From contig JBLIDK010000003.1 of the NCBI GenBank assembly GCA_047632595.1, forward strand, positions 9,003 through 73,002: a stretch of 64,000 nt of DNA, read 5' to 3'. The notes under the pieces are model-generated. The model ran no database searches and was not told where the DNA came from. It worked only from the letters and a program-made list of their open reading frames with translations. This stretch comes from Sphingobacteriales bacterium (lineage in GTDB: Bacteria > Bacteroidota > Bacteroidia > Sphingobacteriales > Sphingobacteriaceae). Below, in pieces: positions 37,478 through 47,506 of this stretch. Made by a program: the position numbers and the translations under genes. Positions within the stretch are counted from its first letter, which is position 1; each line of letters starts with the position of its first letter.

Positions 37478-38107
37478 CTAGTCGAAAAATCGTACTTCAC
37501 CAGTATTGATGTCATACATGGCTCCAACTATTTCAATCTCTCCTTTGGTCTTCATTTCTGTTAAAACAGGACTATCTTTTAGAATATTTTCAATAGCAAT
37601 TAGAACATTTTTTTCTGAAACGGCATCTACAAAATCTGAATTCTTTGAAGTTCTTTGGCTTAAATCTGTTGGCTCTTTTACCGCATCAACTGCAGGGGTA
37701 ATTTTAGCTAGCATTCCGGTTAAATTACCAAGTTCTGCATGATCGCAAGCACCTTTTATCGCTCCGCATGAAGTGTGCCCAAGAACAACTACTAGCTTAG
37801 TTCCAGCTAATTTGCAAGCAAACTCCATACTACCTAATATGTCAGAATTAATAAAGTTTCCCGCAATTCTTACACTAAAAATATCACCTAGTCCTTGATC
37901 GAAAACAAGCTCCGCCGATACTCTTGAATCAATACAACTTAGAATTGTAGCAAAAGGAAATTGACCATCACTTGTATCATTTACCTGTTCCAATAAATTT
38001 CTATTTGCTTTCAAGTTGTTTTGAAATCGTTGATTTCCTTCCTTTAAAAAGTCTAAAGCCTTTTGTGGAGTCAATGTTGCTTGTGTTTCTTTAGTGTGTG
38101 CTTTCAT
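37478..38107 (-). CDS. Beta-class carbonic anhydrase
   Basis: CIDSRV and GHTSCGAIKGA zinc-ligand motifs. Length is 209 aa. Confidence 0.9.
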   Translation of the reverse strand: MKAHTKETQATLTPQKALDFLKEGNQRFQNNLKANRNLLEQVNDTSDGQFPFATILSCIDSRVSAELVFDQGLGDIFSVRIAGNFINSDILGSMEFACKLAGTKLVVVLGHTSCGAIKGACDHAELGNLTGMLAKITPAVDAVKEPTDLSQRTSKNSDFVDAVSEKNVLIAIENILKDSPVLTEMKTKGEIEIVGAMYDINTGEVRFFD

Positions 38108-38163
38108 GTTAAAATTTTAATATCCAAAACTATATACGTCGATATAGTTATTCAAGTTATTTC

Positions 38164-38198
38164 AAAAAAAATCCCTTTGTTCATTTCAACAAAGGGAT
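38164..38198 (-). terminator. Terminator after hppD
   Basis: atccctttgtt-catttc-aacaaagggat forms an 11-bp stem. A T7 run follows on the minus strand. Confidence 0.75.
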
Positions 38199-38218
38199 TT
38201 TCAATTAGTGAAAAGCCT

Positions 38219-39349
38219 CTACAAGTTTCCTCGTAAATCTTGCTCTCTTTCTATTGCTTCAAACAGTGCTTTAAAGTTTCCTTTTCCAAAACTCTTAGCG
38301 CCTTTACGTTGTATTATTTCGAAAAATAAAGTAGGTCTGTCCTCAATTGGTTTAGTGAAAATTTGAAGTAAGTACCCTTCATCGTCTCTATCAACTAAGA
38401 TTCCCAATTCTTTTAATTTATGAATTGGTTCATCTATTTTTCCTACTCTATCTTGTAAAGTATCGTAATACTCGGTAGGTACGTGTAAAAACTCTATACC
38501 ACGACTTTGCAATTTAGTTACCGTTTCAATAATGTCGTTTGTAGCTAAAGCTGCATGTTGAACACCAGGGCCACCGTAAAAATCTAAGTACTCTTCAATT
38601 TGCGATTTTTTCTTTCCTTCTGCAGGTTCGTTAATTGGAAACTTAACTCTTCCATTTCCGTTACTCATCACCTTACTCATTAAAGCAGTAAAATCGGTGC
38701 TGATATCCTTATCGTCAAACGAAATGATTTGACTAAAGCCCATAACTTCAGCATAAAACTTCACCCAAACATTCATTTCATTCCAACCAACATTTCCTAC
38801 CATGTGATCTACATATTGTAAACCAACACCTTCTGGTTGGTAAGATGGATTGTGTGCTACGAATCCCGGAAGGAAAACGCCGTTATAATTTTTACGTTCA
38901 ACAAATACGTGAACCGTTTCACCATATGTATGAATTCCTGAACGTACTACCTCGCCATGCTCATCTTTTTCAACTGTTGGTTTCATGTAAGATTTTGCAC
39001 CACGCTTAATAGTTTCTTCATATGCTTTAGTAGCATCATCTACCCAAAGTGCAATGGTTTTTACACCATCTCCGTGACGATGAATATGGTCTGCCATTTC
39101 GCTTTCATGACTTAAAGGTGTAGTTAGTACGACACGTAACTTTCCTTGTTGTAACATGTAGGAACAACGGTCTTTAACTCCAGTTTCTGGTCCACAATAG
39201 GCTACACTTTGAAAACCAAAACCAGCTTTGTAAAAATGCTGACTTTGTTTTGCGTTTCCTACATAAAACTCTACATAATCGGTACCGTTTAATGGTAAAA
39301 AATCTTCTACTTTCGACACTACGTCTTGTTCTTTCGCTTCTGAACTCAT
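38219..39349 (-). CDS. hppD: 4-hydroxyphenylpyruvate dioxygenase
   Basis: Two VOC domains. The C-terminus FFEIIQRKGAKSFGKGNFKALFEAIEREQ is typical of HppD. I prefer the start at MSSEAKEQ. The alternative start at 39385 would overlap hmgA by 13 nt. Confidence 0.9.
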   Translation of the reverse strand: MSSEAKEQDVVSKVEDFLPLNGTDYVEFYVGNAKQSQHFYKAGFGFQSVAYCGPETGVKDRCSYMLQQGKLRVVLTTPLSHESEMADHIHRHGDGVKTIALWVDDATKAYEETIKRGAKSYMKPTVEKDEHGEVVRSGIHTYGETVHVFVERKNYNGVFLPGFVAHNPSYQPEGVGLQYVDHMVGNVGWNEMNVWVKFYAEVMGFSQIISFDDKDISTDFTALMSKVMSNGNGRVKFPINEPAEGKKKSQIEEYLDFYGGPGVQHAALATNDIIETVTKLQSRGIEFLHVPTEYYDTLQDRVGKIDEPIHKLKELGILVDRDDEGYLLQIFTKPIEDRPTLFFEIIQRKGAKSFGKGNFKALFEAIEREQDLRGNL

Positions 39350-39372
39350 ATTTCTATTTTTAAATTTTGGGA

Positions 39373-40530
39373 CTAACCCATCCAACTTTTAAAGTAACTC
39401 TCATCTTCGATGCCTAAAGCAGCCTCGGTAATTTGTAATGGATTAAATGGATCAATCATTACTGCCAATTCTTCGGTTCTTGTTTGACCAATACTTTTTT
39501 CTACAGTTCCTGGGTGAGGTCCATGTGGAATTCCGCCAGGGTGTAAAGTAATCATACCTTGTTCCACACTTTTTCTGCTCATAAAATCACCATCTACATA
39601 ATACAACACTTCATCGCTGTCAATGTTGCTATGATGATAAGGTGCAGGAATAGATTGTGGATGATAATCATACAATCTTGGACAAAAAGAACAAATCACA
39701 AAATTATTTGCTTCAAAGGTTTGATGAACTGGAGGTGGTTGATGTACCCTTCCAGTTATTGGTTCAAAATCATGAATGCTTAATGCATACGGATAATGGA
39801 AACCATCCCAGCCTATGGCGTCAAAAGGATGCGTTCCATATATGTATGGATAAATAAGATTTTGCTTTTTAATTTTGACCAAAAAATCACCTTTTTCATC
39901 AAAAGTTTCTAATTCTTTAGGTCTTTTATAGTCTCTTTCGCAAAAAGGACTATGCTCTAATAACTGTCCTAATTGATTTCTATATCTTTTTGGAGTACGA
40001 ATTGGGCTAAAAGATTCGGTTATAAAAAGACGATTTTCTTTTCCTTCAAACTCAATTTGGTAAATAGTACCTCTAGGAACTACTACATAATCGCCATCTA
40101 CAAATGGCAGTTTCCCATACAACGTATGTAATACACCCTTTCCTTTATGGATAAAAATCACTTCATCTGCATCGCTATTTTTATAGAAATAGTCCTTCAT
40201 AGACTCGGTAGGGGCAGCCAACGAAATATGCAGGTCGCTATTTACTAATACTGGCACCCTGCTTTCTAAATAATCAGCTTTAGGCTTAATTTTAAAACCT
40301 TTTAAGCAGGTGTGCTTTAGGTGTTTACTTCTTGCAATTTTGGGTTCTACAGAGTATGGTTCACCTACTTTTTTAACAATTGTTGGTGGGTAGCAGTGGT
40401 ATACCAACGAATACACATTGCTAAAACCTTCAGTTGAAACTAGTTCTTCTGCATACAATTCTCCGTCGGGTTTTCTAAATTGTGTATGACGCTTATGAGG
40501 TATATCTCCTAGGCTGTGGTATATTGGCAT
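39373..40530 (-). CDS. hmgA: Homogentisate 1,2-dioxygenase
   Basis: 385-aa cupin protein. The segments HRHTQFRKPDGELYAEE, ...GW..FHYPY and ...FCPR...HHSN resemble bacterial HmgA. Context next to hppD supports the call. Confidence 0.88.
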   Translation of the reverse strand: MPIYHSLGDIPHKRHTQFRKPDGELYAEELVSTEGFSNVYSLVYHCYPPTIVKKVGEPYSVEPKIARSKHLKHTCLKGFKIKPKADYLESRVPVLVNSDLHISLAAPTESMKDYFYKNSDADEVIFIHKGKGVLHTLYGKLPFVDGDYVVVPRGTIYQIEFEGKENRLFITESFSPIRTPKRYRNQLGQLLEHSPFCERDYKRPKELETFDEKGDFLVKIKKQNLIYPYIYGTHPFDAIGWDGFHYPYALSIHDFEPITGRVHQPPPVHQTFEANNFVICSFCPRLYDYHPQSIPAPYHHSNIDSDEVLYYVDGDFMSRKSVEQGMITLHPGGIPHGPHPGTVEKSIGQTRTEELAVMIDPFNPLQITEAALGIEDESYFKSWMG

Positions 40531-40548
40531 ATGTTAATATTTAGTCTG

Positions 40549-40556
40549 CAAAGGTA
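40549..40556 (-). promoter_or_regulatory. Candidate -7 box (TACCTTTG) for hmgA-hppD
   Basis: TAnnTTTG match 19 nt upstream of the hmgA ATG. Confidence 0.4.
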
Positions 40557-40645
40557 CGCAGAGTATAAATTTACCAAAAGGTATTCTAACTATCAATTTT
40601 TAATAAATGATTACTGTCATTTTATGCGCAGCCACTTAAAATATT

Positions 40646-40653
40646 TAGTTTTG
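40646..40653 (+). promoter_or_regulatory. Candidate -7 box (TAGTTTTG) for the FAH-family gene
   Basis: TAnnTTTG match 28 nt upstream of the ATG at 40682. Confidence 0.4.
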
Positions 40654-40681
40654 CATATAGTTAAACACTAAAACAACAAGA

Positions 40682-41701
40682 ATGAAATTAGTTTCATATT
40701 TAGATCAAGGGAAAGACAGATTAGGAATTTTAGTTAACGACCAAGTGTATGACGCTAATTCGTTAAATTCAAACATTCCAAATAACATGGCTGAGTTTTT
40801 AGTAGGTGAGGATAAAACCATGAACATCGCTAAAGCGGAAGATGCTAAGATTAAGTCAGGAGAAATAACTCCAAAGCCACTTTCAAACGTTCAGTTATTG
40901 GCACCGGTTCCAAAGCCGACATCTTGTAGAGATGCATACGCTTTTAGACAACATGTTTTTACTGCTAGAAGAAATAGAGGAGTGGAGATGATTGAAGAAT
41001 TTGATCAATTTCCTATTTTTTACTTTACAAACCATAATGCCATTCAAGGTCCAGGAGAAATTGTTTGCATGCCAGATCATATGGAGCGTTTAGATTTTGA
41101 ACTAGAAATTTCAATTGTAGTTGGTAAAAAAGGAAGAAACATTAAAGCTTCTGAAGCAACGCCATTCATAGCTGGTTTTTGCATAATGAATGATATGAGT
41201 GCTCGTCGTTTGCAAATGGAAGAAATGAAGTTGAACCTAGGTCCTGCTAAAGGAAAAGATTTTTCAACTGTTATTGGACCATACATGATAACTCCAGATG
41301 AGTTAGAACAATACAAAACTAAAACTAAAGGAGGTCACGTTGGAGTTCAGCATAACTTAGAAATGAAATGTTGGGTCAATGGTAAGTTATTCTCAGAAGG
41401 CAACTATGCCGATATGGATTGGACTTTCGAAGAAATTTTAGAGCGTTGCGCATATGGCGCAGATATTTTACCTGGTGATGTTATCGGGTCAGGAACTGTT
41501 GGAACAGGATGTTTAATGGAGCTTAACGGATCTGGTAAATTGAAAGACCCAGATAATTTTAAACCTTATTGGTTAAAAGATGGTGATGTTGTGGATATGG
41601 AAATCACTGGACTTGGAAAATTATCAAACACTATTAAATTAGTTAAGAACGACCACAGTCTTTTTGCTCTAAAAAAGAACATGGACAAAGTAAACGGATA
41701 A
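40682..41701 (+). CDS. Fumarylacetoacetate hydrolase family protein
   Basis: FAH-fold motifs (LDFELEISIVVGKKG, FCIMNDMSAR, GDVIGSGTVGTGC). It is divergent from hmgA. Confidence 0.85.
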   Translation: MKLVSYLDQGKDRLGILVNDQVYDANSLNSNIPNNMAEFLVGEDKTMNIAKAEDAKIKSGEITPKPLSNVQLLAPVPKPTSCRDAYAFRQHVFTARRNRGVEMIEEFDQFPIFYFTNHNAIQGPGEIVCMPDHMERLDFELEISIVVGKKGRNIKASEATPFIAGFCIMNDMSARRLQMEEMKLNLGPAKGKDFSTVIGPYMITPDELEQYKTKTKGGHVGVQHNLEMKCWVNGKLFSEGNYADMDWTFEEILERCAYGADILPGDVIGSGTVGTGCLMELNGSGKLKDPDNFKPYWLKDGDVVDMEITGLGKLSNTIKLVKNDHSLFALKKNMDKVNG

Positions 41702-41704
41702 ACA

Positions 41705-42613
41705 ATGAAGACAATTAACCCAAAGGATTCAAGCACAGGTCAGTTACATGCTCACATGCTTGGAGCGGTTGGCCCTAGACCAATTGCTTTTGCTAGTACA
41801 GTGGATAAGGATGGCAATCCTAATTTAAGTCCCTTTAGTTTTTTTAATGCCTTTGGGAGTAATCCTGCAACCTTGATTTTTTCGCCTGCAAGGCGAGTGA
41901 GAGACAATACCACTAAGCATACTTTAGAGAATGTGAAGGAAGTACCTGAGGTGGTTATTAATGTTGTGAGCCATGCTATGGTTGAGCAAATGTCTTTAGC
42001 CAGCACAGAGTATAATAAAGGAGTGAATGAATTCACGAAATCTGGGTTTACACCTATTAAATCAGAAGCAGTAAAACCTTTTCGAGTGAAAGAGTCACCA
42101 GCTCAATTTGAGTGTAAAGTGGTGAACATTATTGAAACAGGAACTGAAGGCGGCGCAGGAAATTTAATTGTTTGTGAAATTCTTAGAATGCATATTTCTG
42201 AGGATGTTTTAGACGCAGATGGGCATATTGACCAACATAAAATTGATCTAGTAGGTCGATTAGGTGGTAATTGGTATGTACGTGCTTCTGGCGAAGCATT
42301 ATTTGAAGTGGAGAAGCCAATTCGTAATAAAGGAATTGGGGTAGATCAACTTCCAGTAGGAATATTGACAAGTAAAGTTCTTACAGGTAATAATTTAGGT
42401 CAATTAGGAAATGTTGAAGCAATTCCAAGTATATCGGAAGTACATGCCTATAGAAGTAATGCTGCTATTGAGGAAATTCTTAGTGAAGGTGGAGCAAAAG
42501 AGGATGTTGAACACCGATTACATCAATTAGCTAAAGTATTACTTGCTGAAAATAAAGTTACGGATGCCTGGAAGGTGTTGCTTCAGGATGTTTATTTAAA
42601 TGTTTCAACTTAG
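41705..42613 (+). CDS. Flavin reductase-like domain protein with a ~100-aa C-terminal extension
   Basis: PRPIAFASTVDKDGNPNLSPFSFFN is typical of Flavin_Reduct. It starts 3 nt after the FAH stop. Confidence 0.72.
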   Translation: MKTINPKDSSTGQLHAHMLGAVGPRPIAFASTVDKDGNPNLSPFSFFNAFGSNPATLIFSPARRVRDNTTKHTLENVKEVPEVVINVVSHAMVEQMSLASTEYNKGVNEFTKSGFTPIKSEAVKPFRVKESPAQFECKVVNIIETGTEGGAGNLIVCEILRMHISEDVLDADGHIDQHKIDLVGRLGGNWYVRASGEALFEVEKPIRNKGIGVDQLPVGILTSKVLTGNNLGQLGNVEAIPSISEVHAYRSNAAIEEILSEGGAKEDVEHRLHQLAKVLLAENKVTDAWKVLLQDVYLNVST

Positions 42614-42644
42614 GGTCTTTAAAATACAAAAGGTGCATTTTATT

Positions 42645-42688
42645 AAAGAGCACAAAGGGTAAGTATCACTTCTTTGTGCTCTTTTTGC
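42645..42688 (+). terminator. Terminator after the flavin reductase-like gene
   Basis: aaagagcacaaag ... ctttgtgctcttt forms a 13-bp perfect stem followed by tt. Confidence 0.65.
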
Positions 42689-42712
42689 TTAGTACATTAA
42701 TTATACTACTTT

Positions 42713-42758
42713 AAAAAAAAGACACAAAAAAACCAAGGACAGGTTAAGTGGTCCTTGG
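42713..42758 (-). terminator. Minus-strand terminator ~130 nt downstream of uvrA
   Basis: ccaaggac/gtccttgg forms an 8-bp stem followed on the minus strand by tttttttgtgtctttttttt. Confidence 0.55.
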
Positions 42759-42891
42759 CTCATGGTAGGAGTAAAACCATTAATAATTTAACTAAACTAA
42801 TATTAGAAAAAACAATAAGTTAATGGTTACGGTTATTTAGAGACATGATTTTCACAAAGGTTGCATTAGAACTAAAATAAATTATAATTAT

Positions 42892-45735
42892 TTAGTTTAA
42901 TTCAGTCTTAAGAAACTGCCCTGTATAGCTTTCCTTGTTTTTAGTTATTTCTTCTGGAGTGCCAGCAACTAAAACTTTACCCCCTCCTTTTCCACCTTCA
43001 GGACCAATATCAATAACATAATCAGCTACTTTTATAACATCCATGTTGTGTTCGATTACTAGAACCGTATTTCCTTTATCAACTAGCTTGTTCAATACGC
43101 CGACCAAAACATTGATATCTTCAAAATGAAGACCAGTTGTTGGTTCATCAAGAATGTAGAATGTGTTCCCAGTATCTTTTTTACTTAATTCAGTTGCAAG
43201 CTTAACTCGCTGAGCTTCTCCACCACTTAAAGTTGTTGAGCTTTGCCCTAAGGTTAAATAACCTAAGCCAACTTCGTTCATCGTCCGTATTTTTCTAACA
43301 ATTTGAGGAATGGTATCAAAGAATTCAACGGCCTCTTCAATACTCATTTTAAGAACATCACTAATACTTTTTCCTTTATAACGAACCTCTAAAGTTTCTC
43401 GATTAAATCTCTTTGAATTGCACGTTTCACAAGGAACCAACACATCTGGTAGGAAGTTCATTTCAATAACTTTTACTCCACCACCTTCGCAGGTTTCACA
43501 ACGTCCACCTTTTACGTTAAAGCTAAAACGCCCGATTTTGTAACCTCTAATTTTTGCCTCTGGCAAATCAGCATAAAGCTTTCTAATATCTGTAAAAACA
43601 CCCGTGTAGGTAGCTGGATTTGAACGCGGAGTTCTTCCAATAGGACTTTGGTCAATTTCAATAACCTTGTCTACATGTTCTAAGCCTTCAACCTTTTTAT
43701 AGTCTTGTGGTTTTTTACGAGAACGGTAAAAATGCTGGTTCAAAATTGGGTACAAAGTCTCGCTAATTAACGTAGATTTTCCACTTCCACTAACGCCAGT
43801 AACACATAAAAACTTTCCTAAAGGAAAATCTACAGAAACATTTTTTAAGTTATTTCCAGTTGCGCCTTTTAAACTTAAGGTGTTGCCATTGCCTTTTCTA
43901 CGATTTTTTGGAACTTCAATTTTCCGAATACCTTTAATATAATCCGTTGTTAAAGTAGAAAAATCTGTAAAAACAGCAGGAACACCCTCTGCAACTATAT
44001 GTCCCCCATGAATACCTGCAGCGGGACCAATGTCAATAACATAATCGGCTTCTAAAATCATATCCTTATCATGCTCCACTACTAAAACAGAGTTTCCAAT
44101 GTCTCGTAAGTCTTTTAATGCATGAATCAGGCGTTGGTTGTCCCGTTGATGTAGTCCAATACTTGGCTCATCTAAAATGTATAGCACATTTACTAGCTGC
44201 GAGCCAATTTGTGTTGCTAAACGAATTCGCTGCGACTCTCCACCACTTAATGAGCCTGCAGGGCGGTCTAAATTTAAATAATCTAATCCAACATTAAGTA
44301 AGAATGAAATCCGAGACTTGATTTCTTTTAAAAGTTCGGTTGCAATAAGTTTTTGCCGCTCGTTAAATGTTGCCTCAACTTTGTCAAACCACAAGGCTAA
44401 TTCTGAAATATCGAGTGTACATAAATCGTGAATATTTTTTTTATTCACTCTAAAGTGAAGCGATTCCTTTTTTAGTCTTGCTCCTTTACATTCAGGGCAG
44501 GTGCTTTTGCTAAAGTAATCATCCAGGTTTTTGTATTGTTTGTTGCCTGTTTCATACTGCTCTAAAAGCACATTAATAATTCCTTTGTACTCTAATTTAT
44601 AAAGTTTTTCACTCCACTCACTGTACTGAACTTCAATTTTAGTATCGTCTTCAAAACCGTAAAAAAGAGTGTGTCGTTGCTCATCAGTAAATTCACTTAG
44701 CGGCTTTTTGGTAGTGGTTCCAATATTTTTACAAACCGCGGCTAGCATTCTAAACGTCCAATTGTTTTTGTATGTTCCAACAGGTTCAATGGCACCATTG
44801 TACAAACTTTGGTTCATATCAGGAATTAATAACGACATGTCCATGTTTTTCACATAACCTAAACCGCCACATTCTTGACAAGCACCGTATGGGGAATTAA
44901 AAGAAAACGTATTGGGTTGTGGTTCATCGTAACTCAATCCAGTTTCAGGATCCATTAAATGCTTGCTATAGCTTTTATCTGTGCCAGTTTCATTATCTAA
45001 AATTTTAATGATTCCATTGGCAAGTTGTAAAGCTTTTTGGACACTTTGAGTAATTCTACTTCTGGATTTTTCATTTATTTTTACCCGGTCAACAACTAAT
45101 TCAATATCGTGAGTTTTATAACGGTCGGCCTTCATTCCAGCAACTAACTCCTCCATTTCACCATCAATACGAACCTTGGTATAGCCTTTTTTACGATGCT
45201 GTTCAAATAGTTCACGGTAATGTCCTTTACGTCCTTTAACTAAAGGAGCCAAGATGCTAACGGTTTGGTCTCTAAAGTGCTCAAACATTTGTTTAATCAC
45301 TTGATCTTCAGACATTTTAATCATTTTTATGCCCGTTTCGTATGAAAAAGCTTCACCTATTCGGGCATAAAAAAGTCGTAAGAAATCATAAATTTCGGTA
45401 ATTGTTCCTACTGTAGATCTAGGGTTTCTACCTGTCGTTTTTTGTTCAATAGCAATAACCGGACTTAGGCCATTTATTTTGTCAACATCAGGTCGCTCCA
45501 TACTGCCAATAAATTGACGAGAATAGGCAGAAAATGTTTCCATGTAGCGCCGTTGACCTTCTGCATAAATTGTATCGAAAGCCAAAGATGATTTTCCACT
45601 TCCACTCAAGCCGGTAACTACTACCAATTTATTTCGCGGAAACGAAACATCAATATTTTTTAAATTGTGAACTCGCGCTCCTAGAACTTCAAGATAATCT
45701 TGTTCTTCTATGCCCGCGTAAGGGATATCACTCAT
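42892..45735 (-). CDS. uvrA: Excinuclease ABC subunit A
   Basis: 947 aa with two ABC ATPase modules ([18 protein letters not shown]; LSGGE signatures) and zinc-finger Cys clusters. Confidence 0.97.
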   Translation of the reverse strand: MSDIPYAGIEEQDYLEVLGARVHNLKNIDVSFPRNKLVVVTGLSGSGKSSLAFDTIYAEGQRRYMETFSAYSRQFIGSMERPDVDKINGLSPVIAIEQKTTGRNPRSTVGTITEIYDFLRLFYARIGEAFSYETGIKMIKMSEDQVIKQMFEHFRDQTVSILAPLVKGRKGHYRELFEQHRKKGYTKVRIDGEMEELVAGMKADRYKTHDIELVVDRVKINEKSRSRITQSVQKALQLANGIIKILDNETGTDKSYSKHLMDPETGLSYDEPQPNTFSFNSPYGACQECGGLGYVKNMDMSLLIPDMNQSLYNGAIEPVGTYKNNWTFRMLAAVCKNIGTTTKKPLSEFTDEQRHTLFYGFEDDTKIEVQYSEWSEKLYKLEYKGIINVLLEQYETGNKQYKNLDDYFSKSTCPECKGARLKKESLHFRVNKKNIHDLCTLDISELALWFDKVEATFNERQKLIATELLKEIKSRISFLLNVGLDYLNLDRPAGSLSGGESQRIRLATQIGSQLVNVLYILDEPSIGLHQRDNQRLIHALKDLRDIGNSVLVVEHDKDMILEADYVIDIGPAAGIHGGHIVAEGVPAVFTDFSTLTTDYIKGIRKIEVPKNRRKGNGNTLSLKGATGNNLKNVSVDFPLGKFLCVTGVSGSGKSTLISETLYPILNQHFYRSRKKPQDYKKVEGLEHVDKVIEIDQSPIGRTPRSNPATYTGVFTDIRKLYADLPEAKIRGYKIGRFSFNVKGGRCETCEGGGVKVIEMNFLPDVLVPCETCNSKRFNRETLEVRYKGKSISDVLKMSIEEAVEFFDTIPQIVRKIRTMNEVGLGYLTLGQSSTTLSGGEAQRVKLATELSKKDTGNTFYILDEPTTGLHFEDINVLVGVLNKLVDKGNTVLVIEHNMDVIKVADYVIDIGPEGGKGGGKVLVAGTPEEITKNKESYTGQFLKTELN

Positions 45736-46651
45736 TTGCAGTAATTGGGTAATTTGAAGGAGGTAAGGTTATGTCGTAAACTTTACTTTTACTATTGATC
45801 AACTCGCCTTGCAATAACCAAGGATTAAAAAGCTTTAATGTTTTGTAATTTATTTTTTGTGACAACGCAAATTCAGCTAAATCAGTAATGTTGCTGTCTA
45901 CCGTTATTTTAGAAGTAGTAATTGGAGCGTATAGGTCACCTTCTCCAATATAAAAACCATATTTACTTGGTGAATTTATGATCTCTTTCATCGCAAGAAT
46001 TCTAAAAATGTATCTAGAAGTTTCAGTATTTAGATACAAATCGTAGTAATTAGATGATTTTTGACGTTCAATATCACGTTCTATTCCGTTTGGACCTCTG
46101 TTGTAAGCAGCAGCAGCTAAGGTCCATGAACCAAACTTTTCCTTACTTTCTTTAAGATGCTTACAAGCAGCAACTGTTGCTAGTTCTAAATTCAAACGTT
46201 CATCTACGTTGTTATTTACTTCAAGGTCTAACTCCTTTGCAGTTCCTTCTAAAATTTGCCATACTCCTTTTGCTCCTGATGGAGAGGTAACATTCAATAA
46301 TCCTGATTCGGCTAATGCTAAATACTTGAAATCATCTGGAACTCCTTGTGCTTTTAAAATAGGTTCAATAATTGGGAAAGTTTTATTTGCTCTTTTTAGC
46401 ATCAACAATCCATTAGACTGCCAATAGGTATTTACGAGCAATTCGCGATCCATACGTTCTTTCACGTCGGGAATATGAATTGGCATTGCTTCGCCTGCAA
46501 AAACCAAGTCTTTAGGCATTTGAACCGGGTAAATTCTGTAGTGTTCGTAAAATTCTTCTGTATTGTAGCGATATTCTGTACCTTGATAGAATAATACAAA
46601 TGCTACTGCAGCAAGAATAATGGTGATTGATAATATGATTTGCTTGTTCAT
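45728..46651 (-). CDS. Lytic transglycosylase (SLT domain) with a LysM-like C-terminus
   Basis: LALAESGLL...GAKGVWQI...AAYNRGPNG SLT motifs and an N-terminal TM anchor. It overlaps the uvrA start by 8 nt. Confidence 0.8.
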   Translation of the reverse strand: MNKQIILSITIILAAVAFVLFYQGTEYRYNTEEFYEHYRIYPVQMPKDLVFAGEAMPIHIPDVKERMDRELLVNTYWQSNGLLMLKRANKTFPIIEPILKAQGVPDDFKYLALAESGLLNVTSPSGAKGVWQILEGTAKELDLEVNNNVDERLNLELATVAACKHLKESKEKFGSWTLAAAAYNRGPNGIERDIERQKSSNYYDLYLNTETSRYIFRILAMKEIINSPSKYGFYIGEGDLYAPITTSKITVDSNITDLAEFALSQKINYKTLKLFNPWLLQGELINSKSKVYDITLPPSNYPITANE

Positions 46652-46744
46652 TTTTAAGCCTATTTATTGTTCAAAGTTAATAACAAGCAACTATCAAACC
46701 ACTTATTAATCAATCTATATGTAGATTTGTGAACAATTTTTACA

Positions 46745-47506
46745 ATGAAAGGACCCGAAAACAAAAGTAAACCTGAATCTGAAGGCGTTAGGCTTAATAA
46801 ATATATTGCTAATAGCGGTGTGTGTTCTAGGCGAAAGGCTGATGAATTAATTGCAGCAGGTAAAGTTCAAATTAATGGTGATACCGTTAAAGAAATGGGT
46901 ATCAAAGTTCAGGATAAAGATAAAGTAAGTGTTTCAGGGAAGCCCATAAAACCTGTACGTTCGGTTTATGTGCTACTTAACAAGCCTAAAGGATATATTA
47001 CCACAACTGATGATCCTAAAGAACGTAAAATTGTAATGGACTTAGTTGCAAATGCTACTAAAGAACGAATTTATCCAGTGGGAAGATTAGACCGTCAAAC
47101 AACAGGACTTTTAGTTTTGACAAATGATGGTGATATGGCTCAAAGATTAGCCCATCCTAGTTTTAAAATTTCAAAATTATATTCAGTTGAGTTGAACAAA
47201 GATTTTAGTGAAAAGGATTTTGAAAAAGTAGAAAAAGGAGTTGAACTTGAAGACGGAATGGTAAAGGTTGATGACCTAGCTTATGTTGAAGGCAAGTCAA
47301 GGAACAATGTTGGAATTAAAATACACAGTGGGAAAAACCGTGTAATCAGAAGACTTTTTGAGCACTTAGGTTATACTGTTGAGAAATTAGACCGTGTAAG
47401 CTATGCGGGACTTACGAAAAAAGACCTTCCAAGATCAAAATGGCGTTACTTAACCCCATTTGAAGTAAGACGTTTTAAAAGCTTAAGATCTTTAGAAAGA
47501 GATTAG
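46745..47506 (+). CDS. Pseudouridine synthase, RsuA/RluB family
   Basis: S4 domain RLNKYIANSGVCSRRKADELI and catalytic GRLDRQTTGLLVLTNDG. Confidence 0.85.
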   Translation: MKGPENKSKPESEGVRLNKYIANSGVCSRRKADELIAAGKVQINGDTVKEMGIKVQDKDKVSVSGKPIKPVRSVYVLLNKPKGYITTTDDPKERKIVMDLVANATKERIYPVGRLDRQTTGLLVLTNDGDMAQRLAHPSFKISKLYSVELNKDFSEKDFEKVEKGVELEDGMVKVDDLAYVEGKSRNNVGIKIHSGKNRVIRRLFEHLGYTVEKLDRVSYAGLTKKDLPRSKWRYLTPFEVRRFKSLRSLERD

